Assembly: GCA_963700985.1 (NCBI GenBank)
Contig: OY969554.1
Span: 1,984,001 to 2,048,000 of the forward strand
Length of the DNA: 64,000 nt
Direction of reading: 5' to 3'
Source: an uncultured Chlamydiales bacterium
GTDB taxonomy: Bacteria; Chlamydiota; Chlamydiia; Chlamydiales; Rhabdochlamydiaceae
Shown here: piece after piece, positions 1-10,787 of the stretch
Numbering within the stretch: position 1 is the stretch's first letter
How the letters are laid out: the number at the start of each line of letters is the position of its first letter
Position numbers and translations under genes: made by a program
The notes under the pieces: model-generated
The model's input: the letters and a program-made list of their open reading frames with translations, nothing else
Database searches by the model: none
Told to the model about the DNA's origin: nothing

Positions 1-695
<695 letters not shown>

Positions 696-699
<4 letters not shown>

Positions 700-1865
700 G
701 AAAAGACTCCTAAGTCAGCATTTTTATTTTCTAAAAGTAAGCAGTGAGCCGAATCAGCTGCATGTGACGAATTTTTAAGGTCGATATGCGAAGTCTGAGG
801 TTGGCGGAAGGTGATTTTAAACTTGTACATGCTCTTGGTAAGCGTTTCTGTGATCGCATCAGAGGCGGTTTTCATAATTCCAAAGAGCTCGCGATAGGAG
901 ATGCGCAAAGGGCCTAAGATGGCCAGCGCGCCTGCAATCGTCTGATTGATGCGGTAGGGGATTGCAATAACTGAGCAAGCCGTCACTTGTGGTGCATGTT
1001 CATGTAGATCATCGCCAATCCAGCAAAGGAGGTTGTTTGCCTTGCAGCATTCACTGAGCATCGAACGCATCGAATTTGGGTTTTCGAAAAGAGAGAGTCC
1101 GCTTGCCAGCGCTGTCGCGTTGTTGAAGTCTGGATAATTGAGCAGTTTAGAGAAGCCTGTTTTATAGATGTCTTCTGCTGTAAAATTTGTGTAATTGACG
1201 ATATGTCGCAGCATGATTTCACGATAGAAATGCGAAGCGATTTTCTCTTCATCTTCTGAGAGCTCAGGCTTGTCGATGCCAGTAATACGCCAGTGGAAAT
1301 AGGATTCAATTCTTTTCAGGCTAAAATTGCTTAACTTCTTTTCTGTGTAGAGCTGCTCGGTATGTACAATTCCAAAATCGGTGATAAGCACGCAGAGACA
1401 GCGGTTGTTATTGATATTCAGAAGTTTGATGTCGAGTATGAAATCTTGATCGAAGCGGGGTGCGGAGAGGAAAACTGCACAGCCTGTCTTTTCGCTTACA
1501 ACTTCGGCTACTTCTTGGAGATAGGAGGCGATCTCTCGGCTCTGTTTAACCAATCTAGTATAGAGGAGTTGATTCTCCTTATTTTCGGATGCTGGAGTCT
1601 CTAAATGAGCTTGTGCATAGAGCTTAAATGCCAAAGGGGTGGGAATGCGGCCACCTGAAGAGTGCTGCTGTTTGAGATAGCCGGTCTCTTCGAGCTTGGC
1701 GAAATAGTTGCGGATAGTGGCAGAGCTTAAGTTTTCGAAGCCATTGTCTCTTAATGTGTTAGATCCGATAGGCGAGCCCATCTTTAGATAGAGCTCAACC
1801 AGACCGAGGAGAACCAGTTTTTCACGCTGGTCTTTAGGAGGTTTTTTAGGAGTGATGTTTTTCAA
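696..1865 (-). CDS. hrcA: Heat-inducible transcription repressor HrcA
   Basis: PIGS...LSSATIRNYFAKLEETGYLKQQHSSGGRIPT N-terminal motif; TTG start; first gene of hrcA-grpE-dnaK. Confidence 0.96.
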
Positions 1866-1894
1866 ACAGCTACCAAAATTAAATGTTAAAACGG

Positions 1895-1924
1895 ATTATA
1901 GCAGAGGCGAAAAAGAAAATGCAA
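1895..1924 (-). promoter_or_regulatory. sigma66/sigma70-type promoter of hrcA-grpE-dnaK
   Basis: Minus strand TTGCAT-N18-TATAAT about 30 bp upstream of the hrcA start. Confidence 0.6.
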
Positions 1925-1929
1925 GAAAA

Positions 1930-1956
1930 TTAGCAGTCGGTTGAGTCGATTGCTCA
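1930..1956. promoter_or_regulatory. CIRCE element (HrcA operator)
   Basis: TTAGCAGTC-N9-GATTGCTCA versus consensus TTAGCACTC-N9-GAGTGCTAA; just upstream of the -35 of the hrcA operon. Confidence 0.85.
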
Positions 1957-2010
1957 ATAATGTTTTAATATCTTAACAGTAAGTAGTTTGTGACGATGTA
2001 AATAAATATT

Positions 2011-5000
2011 TTATTTGCCGACAATCGCAGGATCATGCGAAATCAGGGGGAGCACATCGACCACCGAGGGTGACCAATCGAGGCCTCGGCTATAGACGAG
2101 CCGAGAGGAGATATAACAGGCGATAATCGCCTTTTTATGGATGTCCGGAATCTCTAGAAGCACCCGTTTTTGATAGCGTGTGCGGATAAGCAGAGGGCAG
2201 TAGTTAAGGAGGCAGCGAATCAGAGGGTCTTCGGGGTCATTACTCAAGGTTTGCGTCTCGAGGTAGTCGAGCAGCTCATAGGTGAAATTATTGATCTTTT
2301 CAGAGATCAAGTCGGATATATCTGTGAGGAAAGCTCCGGTTTTAGAATGCGTGCTTAGCAGCAATGTGGCTTCATCTTTAGCGCGCTGCTTGATGATTTC
2401 CAAGATTTCCTTCATCAAGGTGGGTTTCTCCTTAATGAACTCTTCTTCTGAAAGGCAAAGGCCGCAGAGCACTTCGAAAGAGGAGCAGATCACGCCGCCT
2501 TTATTTGCCGAGCTATCTTTAACGATCAATAGATCGAGCTTTTCAAGCGCCTTGCGCGCCCAAGGGGTGACATATAGGTTAGCTCCTTCCACGATCGCTT
2601 TGGCAGTTGGATGACCCGTTTCGTCGAGGAAGTCCTTATAATTGGTGTCATTCAATGTGCGTGGACGCCCGCCACCTGGAACAAAGATATCGACTTTGGT
2701 CTGATGGACGTTGTTGCGAAAAAGGTGATTCATCTCATTTCCGGTGAGCCAATCTTCGATGAGCTTGCCATCTTTTTTGCGCCAGCAGAGTGTCTGCTGG
2801 GCGTAAGCTGTCTGCTCGCGTTTCGTGCGTAAATCTAGCAGAAAGCCACCTTCGGAGAGTTTTTCCGGAGGGTAAAAGCGGATCGGCTTAACTTCATGAA
2901 AGAGCTTTTCCATGGTGGGCAGATCTAAACCATTCGGATCAAAAATTGTGCCCGAGACATCAGTGAGTGCTAAGAGTTTTGCTGTTTTAGGGTAGAAGCG
3001 CGCTAGGTTCAGAATCTCATTTCCCGCGACATCGCCATCGGGTCCACCCGACATCTTGATGGTAAAGCTATCTTTGTAAGGGTCGATTTTGAGATAGCGT
3101 AGCACCTCTTCTACATAGACGTTTACGCCTAGAGAGGTTACGCCATACTCTTTATGGTTGATGCCCGCACCGGGTTTGCTCGAGATGAAAGAGCTTCCAG
3201 ATTTATAACCCTGCATTTTGCTGTAATTTGCAATCCAAACGATCATCTCGTTGTGCATGTTCTCGTCAGGACCGAGATAGATGTATTCGGGCTTTTTGTA
3301 ATAATCAATGACATCTTTAGCTTTGATCTTTCCATCAGCTTCGCAGTTAATGAGCGTCATGAAACTTTCGATATAGGCGCGCTGAGTTTGATAGAGATAT
3401 TCAAGCTTATGCTCTTTATGAAAAGCGATCGTATGTTTCTCGATTTCGGTGGGCTCGAGTCCAGCATCTTGCAGCTCGTGCCTATAGATTTGCCCTTCCG
3501 CTGCCAATCTCTCATAGGGTTCGAGTAGAATAATGCCTTTAGCTCCGCCTTCAGGGATGTCTTTATTTTTTTTCTGCTGCGTATATGCCAAACCATAACA
3601 TTCGGAAAAGACGTTATTGCGTTCGACTAAAAGCTGCTCCATCCGTTCAGGAAGGACCGTGCGCAAGCCTCCGCGAGAAAGATCTTTAAAACGGATGTGA
3701 AATCCGATGAAATACATGCCTTTCATGAAAAAGACGGCGAAGGGGAGCTCGGGGAATTTCTCTTTGCGATCAAACGGCACATGTTCGAGATATTGTGGAT
3801 CGAGCCGGAAGCTTAAAGCTGTCTTGTTGTTGCGATAGAAGTCGGTTTTTAAGGTGTAATCGACGAAGTTGATCGCTTGCTTCAAAATGTTTTTGCGGCG
3901 CTTGTCGTTTAATTCCTGACCAGTATCCAACTCTTCGACAAGCTTAAATACGGCATCGCGTGTTTTTTGAAATTTGGAGAGATCATTTTTTTGCGGATGG
4001 AACTTCCACTCAAAAGCTTCGCAGATCTGTACCATGAGTTCCGGGTGCCTGCAGAAGCCCTCTTCGATATAGGCAAATGCATACATGTGCACATCATCAT
4101 GCACGAGCACCTGGTGCACAAAAGAGATCATGCTCTTGATGAGATTGCCGATATTGCCGCGCACGAGTCCAGAATCGACAAAGACATTTTCGATCTGCTC
4201 CATGCCTTCGAAGTATTTTAGCGTGACCATCTCTTGTAAAAAGTCAGGGAGGTCTGCGGCTTCCCAAGCTGCTTTGCCATTCATGCCATGCAGCCCAAGC
4301 GACATGACCAGCACGTTCTGGCTGCTGTAGGCATCGATGTAACTCGTGTTGACGCGTTTGATCGTCAGCCCATGGCGATAAATTGTCTTAGCTAGACGAT
4401 AGAGAAAGTCATATTTTGGAACGTTGCGCCAGGCAAAGACGATTTGCAGCGAGGGCATCTCTTTTTTCTTTTCCCAATCCTCAACCCTGCGTACCTCATA
4501 TTGGCAATGATCGCGCGTTTGCGCCCGGAAAAACATATCGAGCGCCACGATGAGTCGCTCTTTTCCAAGGGCCCGCAAAAAGCGTGGGTTCATGCCTTCG
4601 ATCAGCTTCTTGAATTCGGCATCTGTGACTTCTGGATTGCGTGCTCTGACCAGTTCGAGGATCTCTTTTTGCCGGTCGGCTGGAATAGCTTCTTCTTGAG
4701 GGTTTAATTTTCCTGGTACGCCTGTAAAAGTGAGGATGGCGATCCGTAAAGGACTGCTAGCTCCGGCTAGCGGAGGGGGCGTATTGGAGACAAAGGCGCG
4801 ATAATCCTTAATTCCAAAGCGACGGTAATTTTTTAAAATTTTTAGATCTGCATCCGGGCTGTCTAAACAGAGAGAAATTGCACTGCCCTTCAAGTGAATA
4901 TGCGAGAAGAACTCTTGCAAATCGAAGCCCATTAAATTGTGGGTGATCAGCAGGAGATTGTCTCCTTTGATCTCTTCAAAGAAGCTGGGGGGCATGTGTT

Positions 5001-5103
5001 CGCAGAGCCAAACGTAGAACTCCTCAAACTTTTTGCCCTCTTTTTGGAGAGCTTGTTTGAGCTGTTCTCTTAGGAAAGGGCGATCTTGCGGAGGTGCAGC
5101 CAT
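2011..5103 (-). CDS. Large NAD-specific glutamate dehydrogenase (GDH2-like, 1030 aa)
   Basis: RGGLR, KNKDIPEGGAKG, LGPDE, GGPDGDVAGN, VEGANL and SANKGGVICSSFEV motifs. Confidence 0.9.
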   Translation of the reverse strand: MAAPPQDRPFLREQLKQALQKEGKKFEEFYVWLCEHMPPSFFEEIKGDNLLLITHNLMGFDLQEFFSHIHLKGSAISLCLDSPDADLKILKNYRRFGIKDYRAFVSNTPPPLAGASSPLRIAILTFTGVPGKLNPQEEAIPADRQKEILELVRARNPEVTDAEFKKLIEGMNPRFLRALGKERLIVALDMFFRAQTRDHCQYEVRRVEDWEKKKEMPSLQIVFAWRNVPKYDFLYRLAKTIYRHGLTIKRVNTSYIDAYSSQNVLVMSLGLHGMNGKAAWEAADLPDFLQEMVTLKYFEGMEQIENVFVDSGLVRGNIGNLIKSMISFVHQVLVHDDVHMYAFAYIEEGFCRHPELMVQICEAFEWKFHPQKNDLSKFQKTRDAVFKLVEELDTGQELNDKRRKNILKQAINFVDYTLKTDFYRNNKTALSFRLDPQYLEHVPFDRKEKFPELPFAVFFMKGMYFIGFHIRFKDLSRGGLRTVLPERMEQLLVERNNVFSECYGLAYTQQKKNKDIPEGGAKGIILLEPYERLAAEGQIYRHELQDAGLEPTEIEKHTIAFHKEHKLEYLYQTQRAYIESFMTLINCEADGKIKAKDVIDYYKKPEYIYLGPDENMHNEMIVWIANYSKMQGYKSGSSFISSKPGAGINHKEYGVTSLGVNVYVEEVLRYLKIDPYKDSFTIKMSGGPDGDVAGNEILNLARFYPKTAKLLALTDVSGTIFDPNGLDLPTMEKLFHEVKPIRFYPPEKLSEGGFLLDLRTKREQTAYAQQTLCWRKKDGKLIEDWLTGNEMNHLFRNNVHQTKVDIFVPGGGRPRTLNDTNYKDFLDETGHPTAKAIVEGANLYVTPWARKALEKLDLLIVKDSSANKGGVICSSFEVLCGLCLSEEEFIKEKPTLMKEILEIIKQRAKDEATLLLSTHSKTGAFLTDISDLISEKINNFTYELLDYLETQTLSNDPEDPLIRCLLNYCPLLIRTRYQKRVLLEIPDIHKKAIIACYISSRLVYSRGLDWSPSVVDVLPLISHDPAIVGK

Positions 5104-5164
5104 ATCCCTAATAGATAGGATTCAATAGTTTTTTTCAATAACTGAAAAATATGAAGCGGTAATC

Positions 5165-5360
5165 AAGATTTTACCACAGAGGCACAGAGAACGCTGAGGA
5201 AGAAAGATTGTTTTTTTGCTTCGCTCGCGAAAAAAACAATACTCTCTCGGCTTCGCCGAGGTTTACGAGGCAAGGGAATGTTCTTTTTTTGTTTCACTTA
5301 CAAAAAAAGGATTTCCTTTTCTTTACTCTGTGTTCTCTGTGCCTCCGTGGTGAAATTCTT
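5165..5360 (-). repeat. Family A dispersed structured element (MITE/REP-like), copy A1, inverted relative to A2/A3
   Basis: Ends ACCACAGAGGCACAGAGAACGCTGAG ... CTCTGTGTTCTCTGTGCCTCCGTGGT; three internal hairpins; reverse complement aligns with 32628-32797 and 37181-37373. Confidence 0.85.
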
Positions 5361-5384
5361 CAACTAAGTGTTTCGTTGCAAACG

Positions 5385-7349
5385 CTATTTAGAGCGCAGA
5401 AGACGCAGGCTATTGAGGCCGACGAGCACGGTGCCACCTTCATGAAGAAGAACAGCAGCCCAAAGAGGGACAAGGCCGAGAAGAGCAGGAGTTGTGGCAA
5501 AGAGAATCACAGCCATGGCTAAGATTAGGTTCTGTTTTACAATGGAATGTGTGCTGAGGGCTTTTTCTTTGAGCCAAGGCAGCTGCAAAAGGTCATCATT
5601 GAGAAGCACCACATCAGAAGCGTCGACAGCCGTGGCACTGGCGAGTCTACCCAAAGAAACTCCGACAGTTGCGCGTGCAAGGGCCGGCGCGTCATTAATG
5701 CCATCACCGACCATCATCAAGCCGCCAGCACGTGAAAGCTCGGCTACTTTTATTAATTTATCTTCGGGTCGAAGATTTGCAAAAATATGTTCGATCCCTA
5801 GCTGTTTGGCGACGTAATCTGCATTTTCTATTCGATCGCCAGTGAGCATGATGGGATGGAGCTTGTGCTGCTCTTTCAGTGTTTGAACCATTTTTTTAGC
5901 ATCTAGACGAATGGCATCGACAAAGCCAAAGAAAAAGAGATCGTGTTCGATGAGCAGAAAGGTATGCAATTGGCCTTCAAGATGTTGATTCCAAATCGAA
6001 TCTGGAATTGTAGGAGCTTTAAAACGAATAAAGTTAGCCTGTCCAATTGAGACATGCGTTTTGCCATTGATAAGCTGAACCTCTGCTTCCAGTCCGGATC
6101 CTGGGATAGATCTGAAGTTTTCGATGAGATGAGGAGAGATCTCTTGTTCTTCGGCCAAGCGCATAACCGCTTCGGCAATCGGATGAACAGCATTGCGCTC
6201 GAGTGCACTTGCAATAGATAGAGCGACGTCTAAGCTATGGTGGGCTGGAGATGTAAGACATTTGAAAGCCACGCATTGAAGCTTTCCTGTGGTTAAAGTT
6301 CCGGTTTTATCGAAGGCAATATTTTCGCATTTAGCTAGCCCATCTAGAATAATGCCGCCTTTAAGCAATATTCCGCGCTTGGCACATGCTGAGATGGCGC
6401 TGAGATATGCGGTGGGTGTGGCGATAATCAACGCGCAGGGAGATGCGGCAATAAGAAAAGTGAGCGCGCGATAGATGCCACCTTCTGTGCCGAGATAAGG
6501 GATAGAGAGAATCCAAGGCAAAACAGCTGCAAAAATAAAAAATAGTCCCATCACACTCATGGCATACCAATTGCCAAATCGATCGATGAAACGCTCGAGT
6601 TTGGGCTTAGCTTCTTGTGCATGGGCAATTAAGTTGATAATGCGCTTCAAAGTTGAATCAGCCGAAGTTCTTGTGACGATTATGGTGAGCGCGCCTTCCA
6701 TGTTAAGGGCACCTGCGGGCACTTCATCGCCAACCATCTTGAATATCGGATGGCTCTCACCTGTTAGGTGCGACAGGTTAAGTGAAGATCTGCCAGCTAA
6801 TACTTCGCCATCGAGTGGCACAAATTCGCCGGCACGCACAAGTAGCTTGGCGCCAATCGCAATTTCGCGCACGGATTGCTCATATGTGACGCCATCTTCT
6901 GCGATTACCCAACCTGTTCGCGGTGCAATCTGATTTAAGTTAAGCAGGGTGCTTTTGGCTTTTTGGGTGACGGCATTTTCCATCGAAGCAGAAAAGTCGA
7001 AGAGCACCAAGAGCAGCGCGCCTTCCAGTTCGCATCCGATTAAAACAGACAAAAGCGCTGCAAGCGTCATGAGCACATCGATATTGATCTCTAAATTCTT
7101 GAGATCCGCTAACGTATCGATCAGCGCGGGCGTACCGACTAAAAAATAGACGCCGACGAGTAGCAGAGAGGAGAGCGCTGGGTGAAAAAAGGAGCTTACG
7201 TAAGCCAAAGCCAAAAGAAGCGCAGAAAACGAGGCGTTTTTCAGTTGGAGATTTTTTCCCCATCGACGTGAGCGTGGCGTAAGAAAAGGGCTGATGCTCT
7301 CTTCTCGTCCCGAGGCAAAAAACTCATCGAATAGATAGGGCGTGCTCAT
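5385..7349 (-). CDS. Heavy-metal-translocating P1B-type ATPase (P1B-4-like)
   Basis: TGES, SPC, DKTGTLT, HP, GDGINDAPAL and HEGGT motifs; no N-terminal CxxC domain. Confidence 0.93.
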   Translation of the reverse strand: MSTPYLFDEFFASGREESISPFLTPRSRRWGKNLQLKNASFSALLLALAYVSSFFHPALSSLLLVGVYFLVGTPALIDTLADLKNLEINIDVLMTLAALLSVLIGCELEGALLLVLFDFSASMENAVTQKAKSTLLNLNQIAPRTGWVIAEDGVTYEQSVREIAIGAKLLVRAGEFVPLDGEVLAGRSSLNLSHLTGESHPIFKMVGDEVPAGALNMEGALTIIVTRTSADSTLKRIINLIAHAQEAKPKLERFIDRFGNWYAMSVMGLFFIFAAVLPWILSIPYLGTEGGIYRALTFLIAASPCALIIATPTAYLSAISACAKRGILLKGGIILDGLAKCENIAFDKTGTLTTGKLQCVAFKCLTSPAHHSLDVALSIASALERNAVHPIAEAVMRLAEEQEISPHLIENFRSIPGSGLEAEVQLINGKTHVSIGQANFIRFKAPTIPDSIWNQHLEGQLHTFLLIEHDLFFFGFVDAIRLDAKKMVQTLKEQHKLHPIMLTGDRIENADYVAKQLGIEHIFANLRPEDKLIKVAELSRAGGLMMVGDGINDAPALARATVGVSLGRLASATAVDASDVVLLNDDLLQLPWLKEKALSTHSIVKQNLILAMAVILFATTPALLGLVPLWAAVLLHEGGTVLVGLNSLRLLRSK

Positions 7350-8089
7350 AATACATTTGCGAGGAAAAAGATAATTCCAGCCACGAAGGCAGCTGTGGCC
7401 AGATGCCAGATAACGGCTGGCAGTGCCTGGTTCTTTTCAAGTTTCGCAGCAAGAGTTGAGAAAAGCCCGATGATCAGTGCCGCTGCGATGGGTAGTCCAT
7501 ATTGAGGCGAGGCTTGAAAAAAGAGTAGCAACACAACTCCTGCAGAGAGTACGCCAAGACAAGCTCCCGCTGCTTGTTTAAGTGGGTGCTCAAATTTTTC
7601 AAGCGTAAGACCGAGCTCTTCTTCCAACATAATAGAGAGCAAACGGTTATCATCGGCCATGAGCACTTCGATAACTTCATCGAGCAACTTACCTCGGAAT
7701 CCCTTCGCATAATAGAGCTCTTTTAACTCTTCTTTTTCCTGGGCGCGGTGGTGTTCGATCTCCCAGCGCTCTTCTTCGATCAGGCGATGCAGACGTTCTA
7801 ATCTAGCCCAACTCAAAAGCGCGGATCTTCCGCCTTTCCAGATCACAAGCGCGCAGCTAAAAAGAATCAGCACAAAACAAATCTGTGAAAAGGGGAGAGC
7901 TAGCTGCACTAAAATCACCCAGAGAATCAAAAGGTAAAAGGCGGTCTCTTTGGCGCTATCTGCAAGTGCGCCAATGTGTCCGGCCATTTCGGTGCCATGC
8001 ACCTCGGTTGAGGCGATCGCGCCTTTTTTGCGCGCCTCTTTTAAATGTTCGGGTATGCTTTTACCTTTAAAATGATCCGAAGAGCTCAT
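7346..8089 (-). CDS. VIT1/CCC1-family membrane protein
   Basis: ERWEIEH..EKEELKELY.AKGF..EVLM..MLEEELGL..HP motif between TM blocks; start placed at ATG 8089, overlapping the upstream stop. Confidence 0.8.
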   Translation of the reverse strand: MSSSDHFKGKSIPEHLKEARKKGAIASTEVHGTEMAGHIGALADSAKETAFYLLILWVILVQLALPFSQICFVLILFSCALVIWKGGRSALLSWARLERLHRLIEEERWEIEHHRAQEKEELKELYYAKGFRGKLLDEVIEVLMADDNRLLSIMLEEELGLTLEKFEHPLKQAAGACLGVLSAGVVLLLFFQASPQYGLPIAAALIIGLFSTLAAKLEKNQALPAVIWHLATAAFVAGIIFFLANVL

Positions 8090-9375
8090 GCTGGTTTTTC
8101 CTGTAAGAGCTGCGTTAGGAGAGTGCAGAGGTCTAAATAGTCTTGGCAAGCAATTACCTCGCGTGCAGAGTGCATGGAGAGTTGAGGGCAACCAATATCG
8201 ACAACTGGGATTCCCAGTCCCTGCGCAATTAATGGCCCTACGGTAGAACCTGATGGAATATCATTGCGTGCCACAAAGGGTTGCAGGGCAAGGGAGTGAT
8301 TTTGAGCTAGCTGAACGAGTCTCGCAGAAGAGAGCGCAGAAGTTGCGTATTTTAGGTCTGCGTTAAACTTAAGCGCGACGCCCTTTCCAAGTAGTGCGCC
8401 ATGATTCGCATCATACTTGGCAGGATAGTTAGGGTTGAGTGCATGTGCCACGTCTACCGAAACGCAAAGTGAGCGGCTTTTCATACAGCTCAAATCTTCC
8501 TCATCCATTTTAAAGCTATGCGCAATGCGTTTTAAGGTGTCGGCTAAAAAGGGAGATGCTGCACCTTCTGAAGTGCGTGAGCCAATCTCTTCGTGATCAT
8601 AAAAAATGGCCATCTGCAGCGTTTTGGGCTGTGGCTTTTCTGCTAAAGCTAATGCAGATAAACAAGCATGTGCACTTGAGAGATTATCTAAACGGTATGA
8701 AGCGAGCATTTCGCCTTCACTGCCCATGTAGCGGCTCTTTTCGATAGGTACAAGAAAGAGATCAAACGAAAGCAGGTTGTGAAAAGAGATGTGGCGTCTG
8801 AGTAAAAATTCTAAAGTTTTCTGCTGCTTTTCATCCACATCTTGCAAGGTGATTAGCGGAAAAAGATGGTCTTGTTTATTCAACAAAAATCCTTTTTCAT
8901 TGATGTCGCGGTCCAGATGCAGAGCTAATTGCGGAATAAAAACGGGCGCATCTTGCAAGAAGACCAAGCGCTCTTCCAGATCGCCTTTATTGTTCGACAC
9001 CACTACTCTGCCGGCGATTGCCAGGTCGCGATTGAGCCAAGAAGAGAGGATCGGACTTCCGTAGACTTCTACGCCAAAGAGCGTCATGTTCTCTTTTTGA
9101 ACTTCTGGATGTGGCTTAATTTTAAGCGCCGGGCTATCGGTATGCGAAGCTAAGATGATTGCCTGAGTTGGGGCTTTGGTAGGTAGTGAGAAAGCGCATA
9201 TAGATCCGCCGCGAACTACAAAGTAGTTTTTACCTTTTTCAAGATTCCAGCGCTCTTCCTCTTCCAATGGCGTAAAATCATGCAGTGCCAGCCGATTGCC
9301 GATCTCTTCAGCTGCATGCCAAGAGGTGGGCGAGCCATCTAAAAAAGTGCGCAGATCGTCGATGAGGTAAGCCAT
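8086..9375 (-). CDS. M18-family (aspartyl) aminopeptidase
   Basis: SPTSWHA, HTDSP, RLDNL, DHEEIGS, DVAHA, GSTVGP and SMHSARE motifs. Confidence 0.93.
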   Translation of the reverse strand: MAYLIDDLRTFLDGSPTSWHAAEEIGNRLALHDFTPLEEEERWNLEKGKNYFVVRGGSICAFSLPTKAPTQAIILASHTDSPALKIKPHPEVQKENMTLFGVEVYGSPILSSWLNRDLAIAGRVVVSNNKGDLEERLVFLQDAPVFIPQLALHLDRDINEKGFLLNKQDHLFPLITLQDVDEKQQKTLEFLLRRHISFHNLLSFDLFLVPIEKSRYMGSEGEMLASYRLDNLSSAHACLSALALAEKPQPKTLQMAIFYDHEEIGSRTSEGAASPFLADTLKRIAHSFKMDEEDLSCMKSRSLCVSVDVAHALNPNYPAKYDANHGALLGKGVALKFNADLKYATSALSSARLVQLAQNHSLALQPFVARNDIPSGSTVGPLIAQGLGIPVVDIGCPQLSMHSAREVIACQDYLDLCTLLTQLLQEKPA

Positions 9376-10646
9376 TAACGGAGCTCCTTGATGCCATTTA
9401 AATACTTATGCAAAACAATTGGTAGCGTAACAGATCCATCAGCTTCTTGATTGTTCTCTAAAAGCGCAACCATGAGACGTGAAGTTGCCAGCCCTGATCC
9501 ATTAAGCGTGTGCACAAATTCGGGCTTCTCTTCTTTTTTACGGAAGCGAATCATCGAGCGTCTGGCTTGATAGTCTGTGCAAAGCGAGATAGAAGAGACT
9601 TCATAGTAACGGTTCTGACCAGGCAGCCAAACTTCAACGTCTACAGTTTTGGCAGCCGCAAAGGACATATCACCTGTAACTAGCAGCATGAGACGGTAGT
9701 GCAGATTTAGCCCTTGCAGCACCTGCTCTGCGCTTGCCAGCATCTCTTCAAAAACACGCTCGCTCTGCTCAGGCGTGGTAAATGAGAACATCTCAACTTT
9801 GTTGAACTGATGTGTGCGAATTAGCCCGCGCTCTTGCGAGCCAGCCGCCCCCGCTTCTCGGCGGAAGCAGGGCGTATAAGCGCAGTATTTAAGCGGCAGC
9901 TCAGACTCTTGAAAGATCTCATCATAATGCATGCCATTTAGCACCACTTCAGAAGTGGGGATGAGATAGAGCTTGTGCTGCTCATCTTGCACTTTGAAGA
10001 GCTGATGCTCAAATTTCGGCAGCTGCCCTGAACCAAACATAATCTCGGGTTTAACCAGATGAGGCGGCATGATCATCTTAAAGCCGTTTTCAATTTGGAT
10101 ATCGAGCATGTAGTTCACAAGTGCCCATTCAAGCCGAGCGCCCATGCCTGTGTAAACGGTCCAGCCGCTGCCTGAAGTTTTAGCACTGCGTTTAAAGTCG
10201 AAAAGCCCAAGCTTCTCGTTCAACTCCACATGATTCTTAAAGGGGAAGGTAAAGTTCCTGCGTTCTCCAACGGTTTTGATGCAGACATTATCTTTCGGTT
10301 CTAAAGAAACTTTTATCCCATCCATGGGGAGGTTAGGCAGAGAAGCCAGTTGCTGAGTAAAAGCCGCTTCGAGGTCGACCAATTCATGATCGAACAGCCG
10401 GATCTTTTCACCCATGCCGCTTACCTGCTCCATGAGCTCAGATGCATCTTCTTTTTTGCGCTTCTTCTCGCCAATTTCCTGAGAGAGATGATTGCGTTTA
10501 GATTTCAGCTCTTCAACTGAAGTTTTTATTTCACGGATGCGCTCATCCAGGGCCAAAATAGGTCCAAGCTCGATGGCCGGGTCTTTAGTTTTTAGCTTTG
10601 CCTCGTAAAAGGCGGGGTCTTTACGCAGAAGTTTAATATCTAGCAT
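9375..10646 (-). CDS. serS: Serine--tRNA ligase
   Basis: MLDIK start, LIPTSE, FRREAG, GLIRTHQFNKVE and HTLNGSGLA motifs. Confidence 0.97.
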   Translation of the reverse strand: MLDIKLLRKDPAFYEAKLKTKDPAIELGPILALDERIREIKTSVEELKSKRNHLSQEIGEKKRKKEDASELMEQVSGMGEKIRLFDHELVDLEAAFTQQLASLPNLPMDGIKVSLEPKDNVCIKTVGERRNFTFPFKNHVELNEKLGLFDFKRSAKTSGSGWTVYTGMGARLEWALVNYMLDIQIENGFKMIMPPHLVKPEIMFGSGQLPKFEHQLFKVQDEQHKLYLIPTSEVVLNGMHYDEIFQESELPLKYCAYTPCFRREAGAAGSQERGLIRTHQFNKVEMFSFTTPEQSERVFEEMLASAEQVLQGLNLHYRLMLLVTGDMSFAAAKTVDVEVWLPGQNRYYEVSSISLCTDYQARRSMIRFRKKEEKPEFVHTLNGSGLATSRLMVALLENNQEADGSVTLPIVLHKYLNGIKELR

Positions 10647-10680
10647 CGCCAATCTTCCCTAATAGTACTTTAAGCAGGCG

Positions 10681-10709
10681 AATATAGGACTTCAGTTGAC
10701 AATTGTCAA
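10681..10709 (-). promoter_or_regulatory. Promoter of the serS operon; the -35 lies within the perfect palindrome TTGACAATTGTCAA
   Basis: Minus strand TTGACA-N17-TATATT. Confidence 0.65.
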
Positions 10710-10722
10710 TTAGAGCTCAAAT

Positions 10723-10763
10723 AAAAAAAACGCTTTGGACCTTTCGGACCAAAGCGTTTTTTT
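10723..10763 (-). terminator. Intrinsic terminator downstream of the 10788 Inc-like gene
   Basis: AAAAAAAACGCTTTGG-acctttcgga-CCAAAGCGTTTTTTT hairpin with A/T tails. Confidence 0.8.
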
Positions 10764-10787
10764 ATAATGAGAGGGAAGATAAGCTTT

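Noticed and set aside
5208-5522. 104-aa ORF, and the similar short ORFs at 32674-32874, 32745-32927 and 43313-43549
   Set aside because: They are translations of the non-coding repeat elements plus antisense of real genes; their mutual similarity reflects the DNA repeat
8090-8191. Long N-terminal extension of the VIT1-like ORF; similar extensions for ptsI (35365), ftsK (28506), ftsQ-like (62683) and REC-MBL (25846)
   Set aside because: They overlap upstream genes; downstream ATGs coupled to the upstream stop codons are more plausible
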